Part shown: positions 35,245 to 45,513 of the stretch, piece after piece
Layout of the letters: every line of letters begins with the position of its first letter
Numbering within the stretch: the stretch's first letter is position 1
DNA from: Chlamydiales bacterium
GTDB taxonomy: Bacteria; Chlamydiota; Chlamydiia; Chlamydiales; JACRBE01
Length of the DNA stretch: 45,514 nt
Direction: 5' to 3'
Assembly: GCA_016213235.1 (NCBI GenBank)
Contig: JACRBE010000048.1
Location: 1-45,514, forward strand
The notes under the pieces: model-generated
What the model was told of the DNA's origin: nothing
Database searches by the model: none
What the model saw: only the letters and a program-made list of their open reading frames with translations
Program-made: the position numbers and the translations under genes

Positions 35245-36477
35245 ATGTTTCAAGAAGCTTTTCAGTTAATTAAAGAGTCTATACCCATGCATGCAAGCGT
35301 GATTGTGGGTTTAAGTGGAGCACCAGATTCGACAGCACATTTACTTTGTATAAGAGAGATTGCTAAAGACTACCCACTCCATATTCACGCAGCTCATTTT
35401 GACCATGCTTATCGAAAAGAGAGCGGGGACGAGTTACTCCAACTTAAAGAGTTTTGCAACTCATTGCAGATATCCTTTTATAGCGATCGATTAAAAGGGC
35501 CGATACCAAGTAGAAATATAGAAGATGTCCTAAGGGAAAAGCGATACCGGTTTTTTGCCAGCATCTATCAAGAAGTAAAAGCAGAAGCTATTTTTTTAGG
35601 TCATCATAAAGATGATCAGGTTGAAACAGTATTAAAAAGAATTTTTGAAGGATCTTCACTCCCTCATCTTAAAGGGATGCAATATGAGACCTTTCATTTA
35701 AATATGAGAATACTGCGGCCATTTCTTTGTTATACTAAACAAAAGCTGCTTGGGTTCTTACATGCAAGTAGCACTCCTTACTTTATTGATCAATCGAATG
35801 AGGATACGAGATTTTTACGCTCACGCCTTAGATTGAAGATGTTACCCTTTATCGAAGAGTGTTTTGGCAAGGATATCACTAATAATATAGTAAAATTATC
35901 TGGTAGAGCACAGGAAATAGATGAATATTTGGGTGAACAGATAAAGCAATATACTCCATATTGGCAAAAGGCCACTTTTGGTGGATATATTGACTTTTCT
36001 GCTTTTTATCCCTTAAAAAAAGTAGAAATTATCTATTTTTTGCAAAAAGTAGCCTCTTTTTATCAAACAAACTTAGGCATGCAACAGTTAGAAACCATTT
36101 ATGAACTCCTTAGTAGAAAAGCACTGAATAAAAGTGTCTTATGCTCCCATTTGTCATGGATCGTAGATAGAAATATTCTTTTTTGTATAAAAGAGTTAAA
36201 TTTTACTTTTAAAAAACTTATACATCCATTAACACCAGTACATTGGAAGGAAATATGGGAAAAAGAGGAGTTTGTCGTTCATCTCCCATCTGATAGTTAT
36301 GAATGGAAAGTAGTGGATTTGAAAACAATATGTGCTAATGGCTATAAACTTCAAGATTGGTATAGCAACCACAAGGTTCCGATCTTTTTGAGAAAGATCA
36401 TTCCGGTTGTTGTGAAAGATGATGTTGTGTATCAAGATCTTCTGACGGGAAAACCAATAAATAATAGAAAAATATAG
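35245..36477 (+). CDS. tilS: tRNA(Ile)-lysidine synthetase
   Basis: GLSGAPDS (PP loop), HFDH, R..RY.FF, GHHKDDQVET, RPFL, D.SN, RSRLR; upstream of ftsH. Confidence 0.95.
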   Translation: MFQEAFQLIKESIPMHASVIVGLSGAPDSTAHLLCIREIAKDYPLHIHAAHFDHAYRKESGDELLQLKEFCNSLQISFYSDRLKGPIPSRNIEDVLREKRYRFFASIYQEVKAEAIFLGHHKDDQVETVLKRIFEGSSLPHLKGMQYETFHLNMRILRPFLCYTKQKLLGFLHASSTPYFIDQSNEDTRFLRSRLRLKMLPFIEECFGKDITNNIVKLSGRAQEIDEYLGEQIKQYTPYWQKATFGGYIDFSAFYPLKKVEIIYFLQKVASFYQTNLGMQQLETIYELLSRKALNKSVLCSHLSWIVDRNILFCIKELNFTFKKLIHPLTPVHWKEIWEKEEFVVHLPSDSYEWKVVDLKTICANGYKLQDWYSNHKVPIFLRKIIPVVVKDDVVYQDLLTGKPINNRKI

Positions 36478-36611
36478 TGGATTTATAAAGAGGAAAATTG
36501 AAATAATGGAAACGCCCCAACATTTTTATTTTTATAAAAAATGGTTGTGTTTCTTTTAAATTAATTGTAATAAAAATAGTTATAAACTAATTAAATTAGA
36601 GCCTAGTTATT

Positions 36612-39344
36612 ATGAGAAATGACAATAAAACGAATAATGATAATAAAAAAAGTTTTCCAACCGGATTTGTTTTATTACTTTTAGCTGCTGTTTTAGTTGT
36701 CCTTACTTTCCAAAATCTTTCGGATACTAAAAAAACAGGGATATCGTTTAGCCATCAGTTAGAGCACCTTGTAAATTTGGACCTTATACAACCAGAGGGC
36801 AGTAAGAAGATAGCTTTAAATGATAATCTTGTCACATTTTCTGGAAAATTCAAGGATCAGCTTTCCGAAGATGCAAAAAAACGATATCGTTTCTTATATT
36901 TACTAGATAAACAACATGAATTAGTTACGGAAAAAACGAGGTTGACTAACCAACTGAGTACACTCCAACAAGACGTAGTACAATCGGGAGATTGGTTCTT
37001 ACATTTGAGCTCTATTTCAATACCAGCAGGTGGATATAAAATTGTTGGAAGTTATTACAATACATCCGATCGCTCCAATAATATATCAATAACAGATCTC
37101 TCTAATAAAGAAACGCTTAGCATTAAAGAAGTCGAGTCTCTGTATACCAAAGTAGCAAATAACCCCACTGATCAAAATATTCAAAGTCTTGCAAGTGATT
37201 TAAAAGGATTAATTCAAAATTTTAGATCGCCCAGCCTTGGTATTGGTAGTGAAAATCTAAAGCAAACATTGCGAGATGCTGAGCAAAAAATAGATGGGTC
37301 AGCTAGTTTATCCGTCCAAGAGAAACTAGCAGTATTTAATCAAGTGATCCTTGATATACATAGTGTAATTAATGAACTAAATCAAGTCCAAAACTATGTA
37401 AGATTATCTCAGTTGAGAAGTGTTAGATCCTACATGGAGAATATCGAACAATATCAAGCAGTTGCTCAAACACTGGAAACGAATAATGCTGAGTTAGATA
37501 AAGCAAGATCTCAAGTAGCAGATGTGGTATGGTTCTTTAATAATAAAGAGCTTTCTACAAAAGCATTAGAAAGAGAAAATCAAGAAACTTATGAACAATG
37601 GTTTGCTCAGGCTCAACAACAATGGAATACATTTCCTGATCATCAAGGCGCTACATTTAAAGCTCCTGACCAACCAAGAAATTTGGTGCTAGATAAGAAA
37701 TTTCAAAGCGAAGAGCCAACTCCTAACTATTTTAGCTATTTCTTTACTCTGTTACCGATTTTCCTTGTGGCTATGCTTTTATACTTTATTTTTTCCAAAC
37801 AGGTAAAAGGTGTTGGTACCTCTGCCATGAATTTTGGTAAATCACCAGCGCGTTTACTGGTTCAAGGAGCTGATCGCGTCACTTTTAAAGATGTGGCAGG
37901 CGTAGATGAAGCAAGAGAAGAATTAGAAGAAATTGTTGATTTTCTAAAAGACCCAACAAGATTTACTGCTCTTGGAGCAAGAATTCCAAGAGGAGTGCTT
38001 TGTGTGGGACCTCCAGGAACAGGAAAAACGCTTATTGCAAAAGCAGTAGCTGGTGAGGCTAGCAGACCCTTCTTTTCGATTTCAGGTTCTGATTTTGTCG
38101 AGATGTTCGTTGGTGTCGGAGCTTCCAGAATTAGAGATTTATTTGACCAGGCAAAAAAACATGCACCTTGCATTATCTTTATTGACGAGATTGATGCTGT
38201 GGGGCGTCATCGAGGAGCAGGTATTGGTGGTGGTCATGATGAAAGAGAACAGACACTGAACCAGTTACTGGTAGAAATGGATGGGATGAATACCAATGAG
38301 GGTATTATCCTGATGGCTGCAACAAACCGTCCTGATGTCCTAGATAAAGCTCTTTTAAGACCTGGTCGATTTGATAGAAAAATCGTTCTTGATCTACCTG
38401 ACGTAAAAGGACGATTTGAAATCTTGAAAGTGCATGCAAAAAAAATAAAATTAGATGGGTCTGTGGATTTAGATATTATTGCAAGGCAAACTCCCGGATG
38501 CTCTGGTGCAGATTTAGCGAATATACTCAATGAATCGGCTTTAATTGCTGCTAGAAAAAATAGAAGAGCTGTAACTAAAGAAGATACCCTAGAGGCATCT
38601 GATAAGGTGAGATTTGGTAAAGAGCGTAGAAGTATGGAGCTTGGTGTGGAAGAAAAAAAATCCACAGCATTTCATGAGGCTGGTCACGCGGTTGTTGGCC
38701 TTATTGTTAAACGCTCTGATCCGGTAGAAAAAGTAACAATTATTCCTAGAGGATTTTCTCTTGGTGCTACACATTTTCTTCCTAAGAAAAACCGCGTGGG
38801 TTACTGGAGAAAAGAGTTGCTTGATCAACTTGCTGTATTAATGGGAGGAAGAGCTGCAGAAGAAATATTTCTAGATGATATGTCATCCGGAGCCCAAATG
38901 GATATTGCACAGGCTACGAAGCTTGCAAGGGCCATGGTATGTGAATGGGGAATGACAGATAAACTGGGAACGGTAGCTTATGACGAGCGAAGTGAATCTA
39001 ATCAATATCTCATGCAAGGGTATTCGGAGAAAATGTATTCCGAAGACACAGCAAAAGAAATTGATGTAGAAGTAAAAAAGTTAATCGATAGCGGCTATCA
39101 ACTTGCTAAGAAAATTATCGCAGAAAACAAAGAGAAAGTAAATCTTATGACAGACATGCTCATGGAGTTTGAAACTCTGGATCGCACGGATGTCGATGAA
39201 ATTATAGCAGGGACCTTTGATATAGAAGTAAAGAAAAAAAGACTTAAAGATGCACAAGAAGCGCATCGAAAAGTCCCACCTCCACCTCCGTGTGTAAGCG
39301 AAGCTAGCGATAAAAAACTTCAAAATGGCTTAGAAGCCACATAA
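36612..39344 (+). CDS. ftsH: ATP-dependent zinc metalloprotease FtsH (long periplasmic domain, chlamydial type)
   Basis: [45 protein letters not shown]. Confidence 0.99.
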   Translation: MRNDNKTNNDNKKSFPTGFVLLLLAAVLVVLTFQNLSDTKKTGISFSHQLEHLVNLDLIQPEGSKKIALNDNLVTFSGKFKDQLSEDAKKRYRFLYLLDKQHELVTEKTRLTNQLSTLQQDVVQSGDWFLHLSSISIPAGGYKIVGSYYNTSDRSNNISITDLSNKETLSIKEVESLYTKVANNPTDQNIQSLASDLKGLIQNFRSPSLGIGSENLKQTLRDAEQKIDGSASLSVQEKLAVFNQVILDIHSVINELNQVQNYVRLSQLRSVRSYMENIEQYQAVAQTLETNNAELDKARSQVADVVWFFNNKELSTKALERENQETYEQWFAQAQQQWNTFPDHQGATFKAPDQPRNLVLDKKFQSEEPTPNYFSYFFTLLPIFLVAMLLYFIFSKQVKGVGTSAMNFGKSPARLLVQGADRVTFKDVAGVDEAREELEEIVDFLKDPTRFTALGARIPRGVLCVGPPGTGKTLIAKAVAGEASRPFFSISGSDFVEMFVGVGASRIRDLFDQAKKHAPCIIFIDEIDAVGRHRGAGIGGGHDEREQTLNQLLVEMDGMNTNEGIILMAATNRPDVLDKALLRPGRFDRKIVLDLPDVKGRFEILKVHAKKIKLDGSVDLDIIARQTPGCSGADLANILNESALIAARKNRRAVTKEDTLEASDKVRFGKERRSMELGVEEKKSTAFHEAGHAVVGLIVKRSDPVEKVTIIPRGFSLGATHFLPKKNRVGYWRKELLDQLAVLMGGRAAEEIFLDDMSSGAQMDIAQATKLARAMVCEWGMTDKLGTVAYDERSESNQYLMQGYSEKMYSEDTAKEIDVEVKKLIDSGYQLAKKIIAENKEKVNLMTDMLMEFETLDRTDVDEIIAGTFDIEVKKKRLKDAQEAHRKVPPPPPCVSEASDKKLQNGLEAT

Positions 39345-39351
39345 CAACTTT

Positions 39352-39391
39352 AAAAAACTCCTAGCTAGCTTTTTACTAGCTGGGAGTTTTT
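39352..39391 (+). terminator. Intrinsic terminator of ftsH
   Basis: AAAAACTCCTAGCTAG / CTAGCTGGGAGTTTTT hairpin. Confidence 0.85.
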
Positions 39392-39407
39392 ATTGAGAAT
39401 CAAGGCA

Positions 39408-39671
39408 ATGGAATCTATCTCACCGACTAATACTTCCTATTATCCTGCAAGTGAGGTATCTTCGATAACAGCAAGAGCCCTCAGAGAAGTTTCAGAAGAA
39501 AAAATCACAACATTTCAAGTAGCTATCTTATTTAGAACAACAGATAGAAGGACAGGTGACATATCTTATACGCAAGATATGATTAATGACACATCTGAAA
39601 AAGTAGTGCAGTTAGTTACATTTAAAAGACCTCTTGAAACTAATCATTCCCATTGCTGTAACATATCATAA
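39408..39671 (+). CDS. Small hypothetical protein
   Basis: MESISPTNTS N-terminus of chlamydial-orphan type; ends ..HCCNIS. Confidence 0.6.
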   Translation: MESISPTNTSYYPASEVSSITARALREVSEEKITTFQVAILFRTTDRRTGDISYTQDMINDTSEKVVQLVTFKRPLETNHSHCCNIS

Positions 39672-39703
39672 TTTTTTTAATTAAAATTTTTTATAGATTT
39701 ACG

Positions 39704-40069
39704 CCAATTCTTTTGAATGAGGTGCATCGCTTGATAGAAACCTATCGTTATAAGTTTATTCTCACAGGATCAAGTGCAAGGACTTTAAAACGAAAAGGGA
39801 CCAATCTTCTTGCGGGACGGGCCCTTTATTATAAAATTTTCCCTCTTACAGCAATAGAACTCGGATCTGATTTTTCTATAGAGGAATCATTAGTTATTAT
39901 GATTTTAAATATGAAATCTCTTAAAGTATTTCAAATGGATTATCCGATAGCAAAAAGTTATCTTTTTTATGGTGGTAGCGAAAGGCTCTACTTTGATCAT
40001 ATAGAAGTGATCCCTATTATGGATGCCTTGCAAATACTCCCACAGTTGTTACAAGGAAATATGGCTTAA
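39704..40069 (+). pseudogene. Internally deleted AAA_14/DUF4143 ATPase remnant
   Basis: PILLNEVHRLIE..KFILTGSSAR.LKR.G.NLLAGRA....FPLT..ELG joined directly to a C-terminal-like DYP.AK.YLFYGG..IEVIP; Walker A/B absent. Confidence 0.8.
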
Positions 40070-40413
40070 ATAAGATGAAATTCTTGTTTGACTCTTGTAA
40101 TAAAGGCTGTGAAATCATGGAAAAAAGCAGTGTCCATAGTTGGATTGATGGGTTGTTCTAGCATCGCTATTAGCTTTTGATCCCAGATATGGCATAAATC
40201 AGAGACCTTTGGAAATCCAAAGGTTCCTGCATTTCCGGCTAGCTTATGAATGATAAATCGTAAAGCTACAATATCTTCTTTATTCCATTGGTTTTTTAAT
40301 TGATTAAAAAGACGGTCGATTTCCTTGAATTTTTCTGAAAGACCCTGCAAATAAGTCTCTTGAATTTTCTTAAAAGCGTCTTGTGGAATTTCACCTGGCA
40401 ATTCTTGATTCAT
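40066..40413 (-). CDS. Stand-alone Hpt (histidine phosphotransfer) protein
   Basis: IHKLAGNAGTFGF motif in a four-helix 115-aa protein. Confidence 0.92.
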   Translation of the reverse strand: MNQELPGEIPQDAFKKIQETYLQGLSEKFKEIDRLFNQLKNQWNKEDIVALRFIIHKLAGNAGTFGFPKVSDLCHIWDQKLIAMLEQPINPTMDTAFFHDFTAFITRVKQEFHLI

Positions 40414-40537
40414 TTTAAATAGGCTTTATTTTTTTGTATCAAATACTAGTGTTTCTTTCTATTTTTTTTAATATCCATTGTGGTTTTTATGCTTTTTACT
40501 TATAGGTTGGTATAGAGTAATTATCACAAATAAAGCC

Positions 40538-40939
40538 ATGAAAAAAAACATTCTTCTTATCGAAGATGATCTTGATTTAGCACAGTTACTTGTTTTAACA
40601 CTTACATCAGCTGGCTATACGGTAGCCCATTTTGATAATGGCAAGGATAGTATTAAGTATATTTCTGTCGCAGAAAATATGGCAAATATGTCACTTGTTA
40701 TTTTAGATCGCATGTTACCTGATATGGATGGAGTAGAAATATTAAAAAAATTACAAGAAAATAAAAAAATCGAGGTTCCAGTACTTATTTTATCTGCTCT
40801 ATCTGCAGATGAAGATGTGATTCATGGATTGAAACTGGGAGCTATCGATTATATGACAAAGCCATTTAATCTAAAAATTTTAATGGAAAAAATATCATTG
40901 CTCATTGCTAAGGCTCATAAATGGCACCCCATCGAGTAG
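40538..40939 (+). CDS. Single-domain response regulator receiver
   Basis: LIEDD, ILDRMLPDMDG, LILSA, YMTKPF; no output domain; start at ATG 40538. Confidence 0.93.
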   Translation: MKKNILLIEDDLDLAQLLVLTLTSAGYTVAHFDNGKDSIKYISVAENMANMSLVILDRMLPDMDGVEILKKLQENKKIEVPVLILSALSADEDVIHGLKLGAIDYMTKPFNLKILMEKISLLIAKAHKWHPIE

Positions 40940-41943
40940 CTTATTTGATCATATTAGTAGAGCTTATAGGACTCATCAGCATCATTGTAATGATTCAAAT
41001 AAGACGTATCGTCTTATGGTTTTATCAGAAAAAAACAAAGCAAATAACAGATGAGATAGTCAAAGCTATGATGGATAGCATCCAGAATAATACCCATCTG
41101 GTAATTAAACATTTCTCTCCTGCTATTTTACTAAAAATAGTGGAAGATTTTGATCAGCGCTTCAAAGGATCAGAGTGGGAAGAGATCAAAAAAGACGCAG
41201 TGAAAAGATATTTGATCCCTATTGCAAAAAAATGGGCTTCCAGCCCGTTTTGGAATAGACGCAATGTTGCAGTGCGCTGTTTTATTTTAGCGCCTTCCAA
41301 AGAAGAGGAAGCCTTTTTTTTGCATCTTGTGGAAGATCGTCATTTTCTAGTGCAAAGCTACGCTATAATAGGTGTTGCACAGATTGCCAGTGAAGAGGGT
41401 GTTATAAAAATTTTAAAAAATATGAATAAGGAGCCTGGATTTTTATTTTATTATTATCGAGATATATTGATCCATGGATCAAAGGAAGTACTCCATATTT
41501 TTGTAGAAGAGGCAAAAAAACAACATGAAGATACCTATCGTGCCTGCTTAGACGTTTTAGCTGGAAAGAACCTTGCTATGTCTCTTGATTTTTTAAAGGA
41601 AAGTATTCATGACAACAATGATGATGTGCGACTGAAAACATTAAAAGCATTGAATATAAACCCTCTATTGGATATGGAAAAGATTTTATTAACCTGTCTT
41701 GATGATTCAAAAGAGGATATTCGAATAGAAGCAATTATAGGAGCAGAGAATTTTGCAACGGATCGCATTGTAAAGAAATTAGAAGAAATATTCATGCATG
41801 ATGATTCTTTTAATATGCGTATGGAGTCTGCAAAAGGATTAAAAAAAATAGGGGAAAGGGGAGTGTCATTCTTACAAAAGTGTAGTAAGCACCAGGATAA
41901 AACAACATACGAAATAGCGCAATATGCCTTATCATTTGAATAG
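40921..41943 (+). CDS. Membrane-anchored HEAT-repeat protein
   Basis: N-terminal TM; repeats W.RRNVA, D.HFLVQSYA, D.NDDVRLKTL, D.KEDIRIEA, DDSFNMRMESA. Confidence 0.88.
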   Translation: MAPHRVAYLIILVELIGLISIIVMIQIRRIVLWFYQKKTKQITDEIVKAMMDSIQNNTHLVIKHFSPAILLKIVEDFDQRFKGSEWEEIKKDAVKRYLIPIAKKWASSPFWNRRNVAVRCFILAPSKEEEAFFLHLVEDRHFLVQSYAIIGVAQIASEEGVIKILKNMNKEPGFLFYYYRDILIHGSKEVLHIFVEEAKKQHEDTYRACLDVLAGKNLAMSLDFLKESIHDNNDDVRLKTLKALNINPLLDMEKILLTCLDDSKEDIRIEAIIGAENFATDRIVKKLEEIFMHDDSFNMRMESAKGLKKIGERGVSFLQKCSKHQDKTTYEIAQYALSFE

Positions 41944-43402
41944 CATATTCGATGTCACTTTTTATATTATCGGATTTTTTAAATATCTCAGTTTTACGTT
42001 TATTTGGTATTTTGTGGTAATCAATGCCATTTATACCATCTTATTGCTTTTGGGAATTTACCAACTTTTTCATCGCTATAAAGAATTGAAAATAGAATCG
42101 TTCACCAGTATTTTACAATCGAATTCATTGCCGGAAATCACCTTTATTATTCCGGCATATAATGAAGAAGCTGCCGTTTTAACGACTATTCAAAATCTGA
42201 TAGACCTTTCTTATCGGCATAAGCAACTGATTGTAGTCAATGATGGCTCCACCGATCATACATTGGAAAAATTAAAACAATCACTCGACCTTATTGAAAT
42301 TCCTACGTCTTATGAAAAAAAAATCTCTACCAAGAAAATTTTGGGGATATATAGAAGTAAACTACATCCGGAGATATATCTGATTGATAAAGAAAACGGA
42401 AGAAAATTTGATGCCATTAATGCAGGTATTAATTTTTGCAAAGATCCCTATTTTATTGTAGTGGATGCAGACACCTATATAGATGACCATTGCTTTAATT
42501 CATTAATCAGGCCTATTTTATCTCATCCAAATGCCGTGGCAATTGGCTCTACCGTAAGAATAAAAAATGGGTGCGCACTGGAATATAACAGAGTAGCAAC
42601 AGAGGGATTCCCTTATAATTTTATTTGTCTGATGCAGGGAATGGAGTATCTTCGCTCTTTCTTGATGAGGCAAGGATGGAATACGTTTAAAGGACACTGC
42701 GTTATTGCAGGAGCTTTTTCCATTTTCCCCAGTAACCTTATCAAAGAGGTAGGGGGATTTTGTGATACGGTAGCAGAAGATATGGAAATTGTTATTCGCC
42801 TGCAACGATTAATGAAGCAAAAGAAAATAAAATATGATCTTTTTTATCTTCCCGATCCGGTGGCCTGGACGGAAGGTCCTAATAATTTTTCTACTCTTGG
42901 TAAGCAAAGAACAAGGTGGCAGACAGGAGAACTGGAAAGTATATGGTATCATAAAGGGTTACTTTTCAATCCAAGATATGGTTTTTTTGGTCTTTTTATC
43001 CTCCCATTTATTTTAATTGCTGAAGTCTTTGAACCCATCATTGAAATGCTTGGATTCGTAACTGTTTTTACAGGGTGGTGGTTTGGTTTTTTAGATGTCC
43101 AACTTTTGATTTTTCTATTTGTCATTAGTCTTGGCTATTCTACCATGTTTACGGTAACTTGTCTTTGTATGGAGGAATTAAGCTATCATAGTTATCCTAC
43201 GTTTAAAAACCTCCTATTATGGCTATTTTATAGTTTTGTTGAAAATATCGGTTACCGCCAGTTTACCATTTTTTGGCGCATAAGAGCATTTGTTATGTTT
43301 ATCAAACGATGGAATATTATAAAAAAAAACAATAGTTATATTCATCAAATCATCAAAGATTGTTACAAGAAAACATTGCAAATTTTGCCAAAAACAAGAT
43401 AA
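41924..43402 (+). CDS. Processive GT2 glycosyltransferase (PgaC/IcaA/NodC-like)
   Basis: IIPAYNEE, VNDGSTD, KENGRKFDAIN, VDADT, AEDME, QRTRW (QxxRW); N- and C-terminal TMs. Confidence 0.93.
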   Translation: MPYHLNSIFDVTFYIIGFFKYLSFTFIWYFVVINAIYTILLLLGIYQLFHRYKELKIESFTSILQSNSLPEITFIIPAYNEEAAVLTTIQNLIDLSYRHKQLIVVNDGSTDHTLEKLKQSLDLIEIPTSYEKKISTKKILGIYRSKLHPEIYLIDKENGRKFDAINAGINFCKDPYFIVVDADTYIDDHCFNSLIRPILSHPNAVAIGSTVRIKNGCALEYNRVATEGFPYNFICLMQGMEYLRSFLMRQGWNTFKGHCVIAGAFSIFPSNLIKEVGGFCDTVAEDMEIVIRLQRLMKQKKIKYDLFYLPDPVAWTEGPNNFSTLGKQRTRWQTGELESIWYHKGLLFNPRYGFFGLFILPFILIAEVFEPIIEMLGFVTVFTGWWFGFLDVQLLIFLFVISLGYSTMFTVTCLCMEELSYHSYPTFKNLLLWLFYSFVENIGYRQFTIFWRIRAFVMFIKRWNIIKKNNSYIHQIIKDCYKKTLQILPKTR

Positions 43403-43408
43403 ACCCTA

Positions 43409-44695
43409 TCAGGAAAAGCACCTTGCAATATGTTGAAACAGTTCGTGGTTTTTCATCTTCTTTGGAAAAGATCGTTCATTGCTATAAATAGTGCCATAAG
43501 GAATATGTTTTCCTGTTCTTTGTACAATGGGTTTAAATAAATCAAAAAACCTAACTTGTTGATTGTTAATGTGAAGTGTCGATTCCTTTGGAATGCAATC
43601 CGTAAAGCAGATGCGATAAAACAGTTTTTTTGGATCCTCTTTATATTGTTCTATCAAAAAGAGTTTTTGGTTGGCGATTGTTGCATGCTCCAGTATTGAT
43701 TTTGCCACTAAACACTCTTTTTCAGAACTAAAATGGATATGAGCATCATGAGTCATTAATTCTTCTACTTTAGAAAAGGTAATGCCAACTGTTTTTAAAA
43801 AGTTAGATTGGTTGATTTGCCGATATAATATCCAGGGCTCTTCTTCATTAGTATTTTTTTGTGATAAGGCATTTGTTACGATTAAAATATCTTTTTCTCC
43901 TAAAGCAGAAAATATCGTCCCGAATACTTTGTCTAAATACTTCAATCCATAGGCAAGTGGTTGTTGATCACTATAGTTATCATTTGTCCAATGATGATGT
44001 TGTAAATGAGCAAGGCTATTTAAAAAAATCAGGGAAAAATCAGGATTGTATTGTTTATAATAATTTAAAAATAGCAGGGTAGAAATATAATCAAAAAAAG
44101 AGATAAAAACAAAGTGTTTGCCTCTGTATTTTATGGCATGATACATAAGAGAGGGTAGCTCTTTTAATAGGCTTTTAATCAAATGGTGGGAAGAGAAAAA
44201 TGAAAGCAGTAATTTTATCTTCTTCAAGAAAATCGTAGCAGATTTCTGTAGATAATTTTTAGATGCATAGCGAAGGAGATCCAGTAAAGCGTTCAACTCG
44301 CTCGGGTAGGCGATTTCCGATGCTGTCCATGGATCTGGCAGAAAAAAAAGGGTATCTTTACATGCATTGCGGCTTGCGTTCATTGCGCCCCAAATTCCAC
44401 TGGTAATTCCTCTTTGACCAAGATATTCCCAAAGTTGCGGTGTTTGTAAATGAGGAGTATCTCCTAAATGTTTAATACCATGCTCAGCGGATGGTTTGCC
44501 GGTATGAACAGATACCCATTGCACCCATGGCTCTAAAAAATCACTTTCATAGGTATCATCTGTTGTTGTGATGTACTCACAAAGAGACAGCATTTTCTGT
44601 ATGTTTTTTAAATGAAAATGTTTTGCCCCATTTTCAAGTAATTTGGCATTAAATTCGTTTAATTCAACTAATAAAACTTTTTTATGCACTGTCAT
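43409..44695 (-). CDS. Hypothetical protein, alkaline-phosphatase/sulfatase superfamily-like
   Basis: LLVELNEFN, LEPWVQWVSVHTG, IFLNSLAHLQHHHW, YLD, C-terminal TGKH..YG. Confidence 0.7.
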   Translation of the reverse strand: MTVHKKVLLVELNEFNAKLLENGAKHFHLKNIQKMLSLCEYITTTDDTYESDFLEPWVQWVSVHTGKPSAEHGIKHLGDTPHLQTPQLWEYLGQRGITSGIWGAMNASRNACKDTLFFLPDPWTASEIAYPSELNALLDLLRYASKNYLQKSATIFLKKIKLLLSFFSSHHLIKSLLKELPSLMYHAIKYRGKHFVFISFFDYISTLLFLNYYKQYNPDFSLIFLNSLAHLQHHHWTNDNYSDQQPLAYGLKYLDKVFGTIFSALGEKDILIVTNALSQKNTNEEEPWILYRQINQSNFLKTVGITFSKVEELMTHDAHIHFSSEKECLVAKSILEHATIANQKLFLIEQYKEDPKKLFYRICFTDCIPKESTLHINNQQVRFFDLFKPIVQRTGKHIPYGTIYSNERSFPKKMKNHELFQHIARCFS

Positions 44696-44700
44696 AGCAA

Positions 44701-45423
44701 TTATTTCTTTTTGTTATGGAATATATGGAAAAATAAAACTTTTAAAATCTTGCCTGAATCTCTTAAAACGGAAAAATGGGAAAATTTGTTTTTTTCAATA
44801 TAGATGGTTGGTATAGGGTAAGAGACTATTTTTCTTTTTTGCTGCAGAGCAAGCAATAGGCATCTCATCTCCATTTCGTAGTGTCCACCAACAATTTCTT
44901 GGATAATTGTTTTTACAAAATCATAGCTAAATGCTCTCATACCGGATTGAGTGTCTTTGGGAGCTTTAAAATAAACACAACGCAACAGAAAGGTGATAAT
45001 GCTATTTGCTATCTTACTTTTGTAAGGCATACTAAGAAACGATCGTTCACCAATGACTAGATCATGATGATGAAAAATAGGGTTAATAAGCCCTGGGATA
45101 TCACAGGGCCTATGTTGTCCATCAGAATCTATTGTAACGAGCGCTATAAAGGAAAAGTGGTCGATTGCATAGCGAAATCCCTCGATCAAGGCAAAACCTT
45201 TGCCCTTATTTTTATGAAAAGAAACTACAGATATTTTCTTTGGATATTCCAGTAATAAAGCGTGTAGAACTTTATCTGTGCTATCTGTAGAACCATCATT
45301 CACAGCGATAATATGATCGGTAAATTGTAATAAGTCTACAATAACACTCTTGCAAAAATTAGCAACATTATAACAGGGGATAATAGTTAGAGTTTGTACT
45401 TTTAATAAGGGAGTTAAAGTCAT
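44701..45423 (-). CDS. GT2 glycosyltransferase, polyprenol-phosphate (DPM1/GtrB-like) type
   Basis: IIPCYN, VNDGSTD, NKGKGFAL, IDSDGQH, DLVIGER, DTQSGMRAF, YEMEM, SHF. Confidence 0.92.
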   Translation of the reverse strand: MTLTPLLKVQTLTIIPCYNVANFCKSVIVDLLQFTDHIIAVNDGSTDSTDKVLHALLLEYPKKISVVSFHKNKGKGFALIEGFRYAIDHFSFIALVTIDSDGQHRPCDIPGLINPIFHHHDLVIGERSFLSMPYKSKIANSIITFLLRCVYFKAPKDTQSGMRAFSYDFVKTIIQEIVGGHYEMEMRCLLLALQQKRKIVSYPIPTIYIEKNKFSHFSVLRDSGKILKVLFFHIFHNKKK

Positions 45424-45444
45424 GTTACCTATTTGCGTTATCGG

Positions 45445-45513
45445 TTAAAATTGCCACTGCAAGGATCCTTTTACGTTCCAGTCTCGGTAGGGCAGAGTAT
45501 TGCGAAAATAATT
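45445..45513 (-). CDS. C-terminal fragment of a probable outer-membrane beta-barrel protein (gene extends beyond window)
   Basis: ..NYFRNTLPYRDWNVKGSLQWQF* ends in Phe with alternating hydrophobic residues (BAM beta-signal); stop 21 bp before the GT2 start. Confidence 0.5.
   Translation of the reverse strand, partial: NYFRNTLPYRDWNVKGSLQWQF

Noticed and set aside
8359..36477. Many tRNA-modification genes (tgt, mtaB, miaB, tilS) in one window
   Set aside because: They sit in separate transcription units with ordinary chlamydial neighbours; no evidence of a dedicated cluster
36612..37730. Unusually long FtsH N-terminal periplasmic region
   Set aside because: Known feature of chlamydial FtsH (~900 aa)
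1176..45255. Numerous 60-143 aa ORFs antisense or out-of-frame within long genes (e.g. 7581..7910, 20029..20367, 37862..38173, 38234..38665)
   Set aside because: Nested in or largely overlapping well-supported genes, with no motifs; expected shadow ORFs
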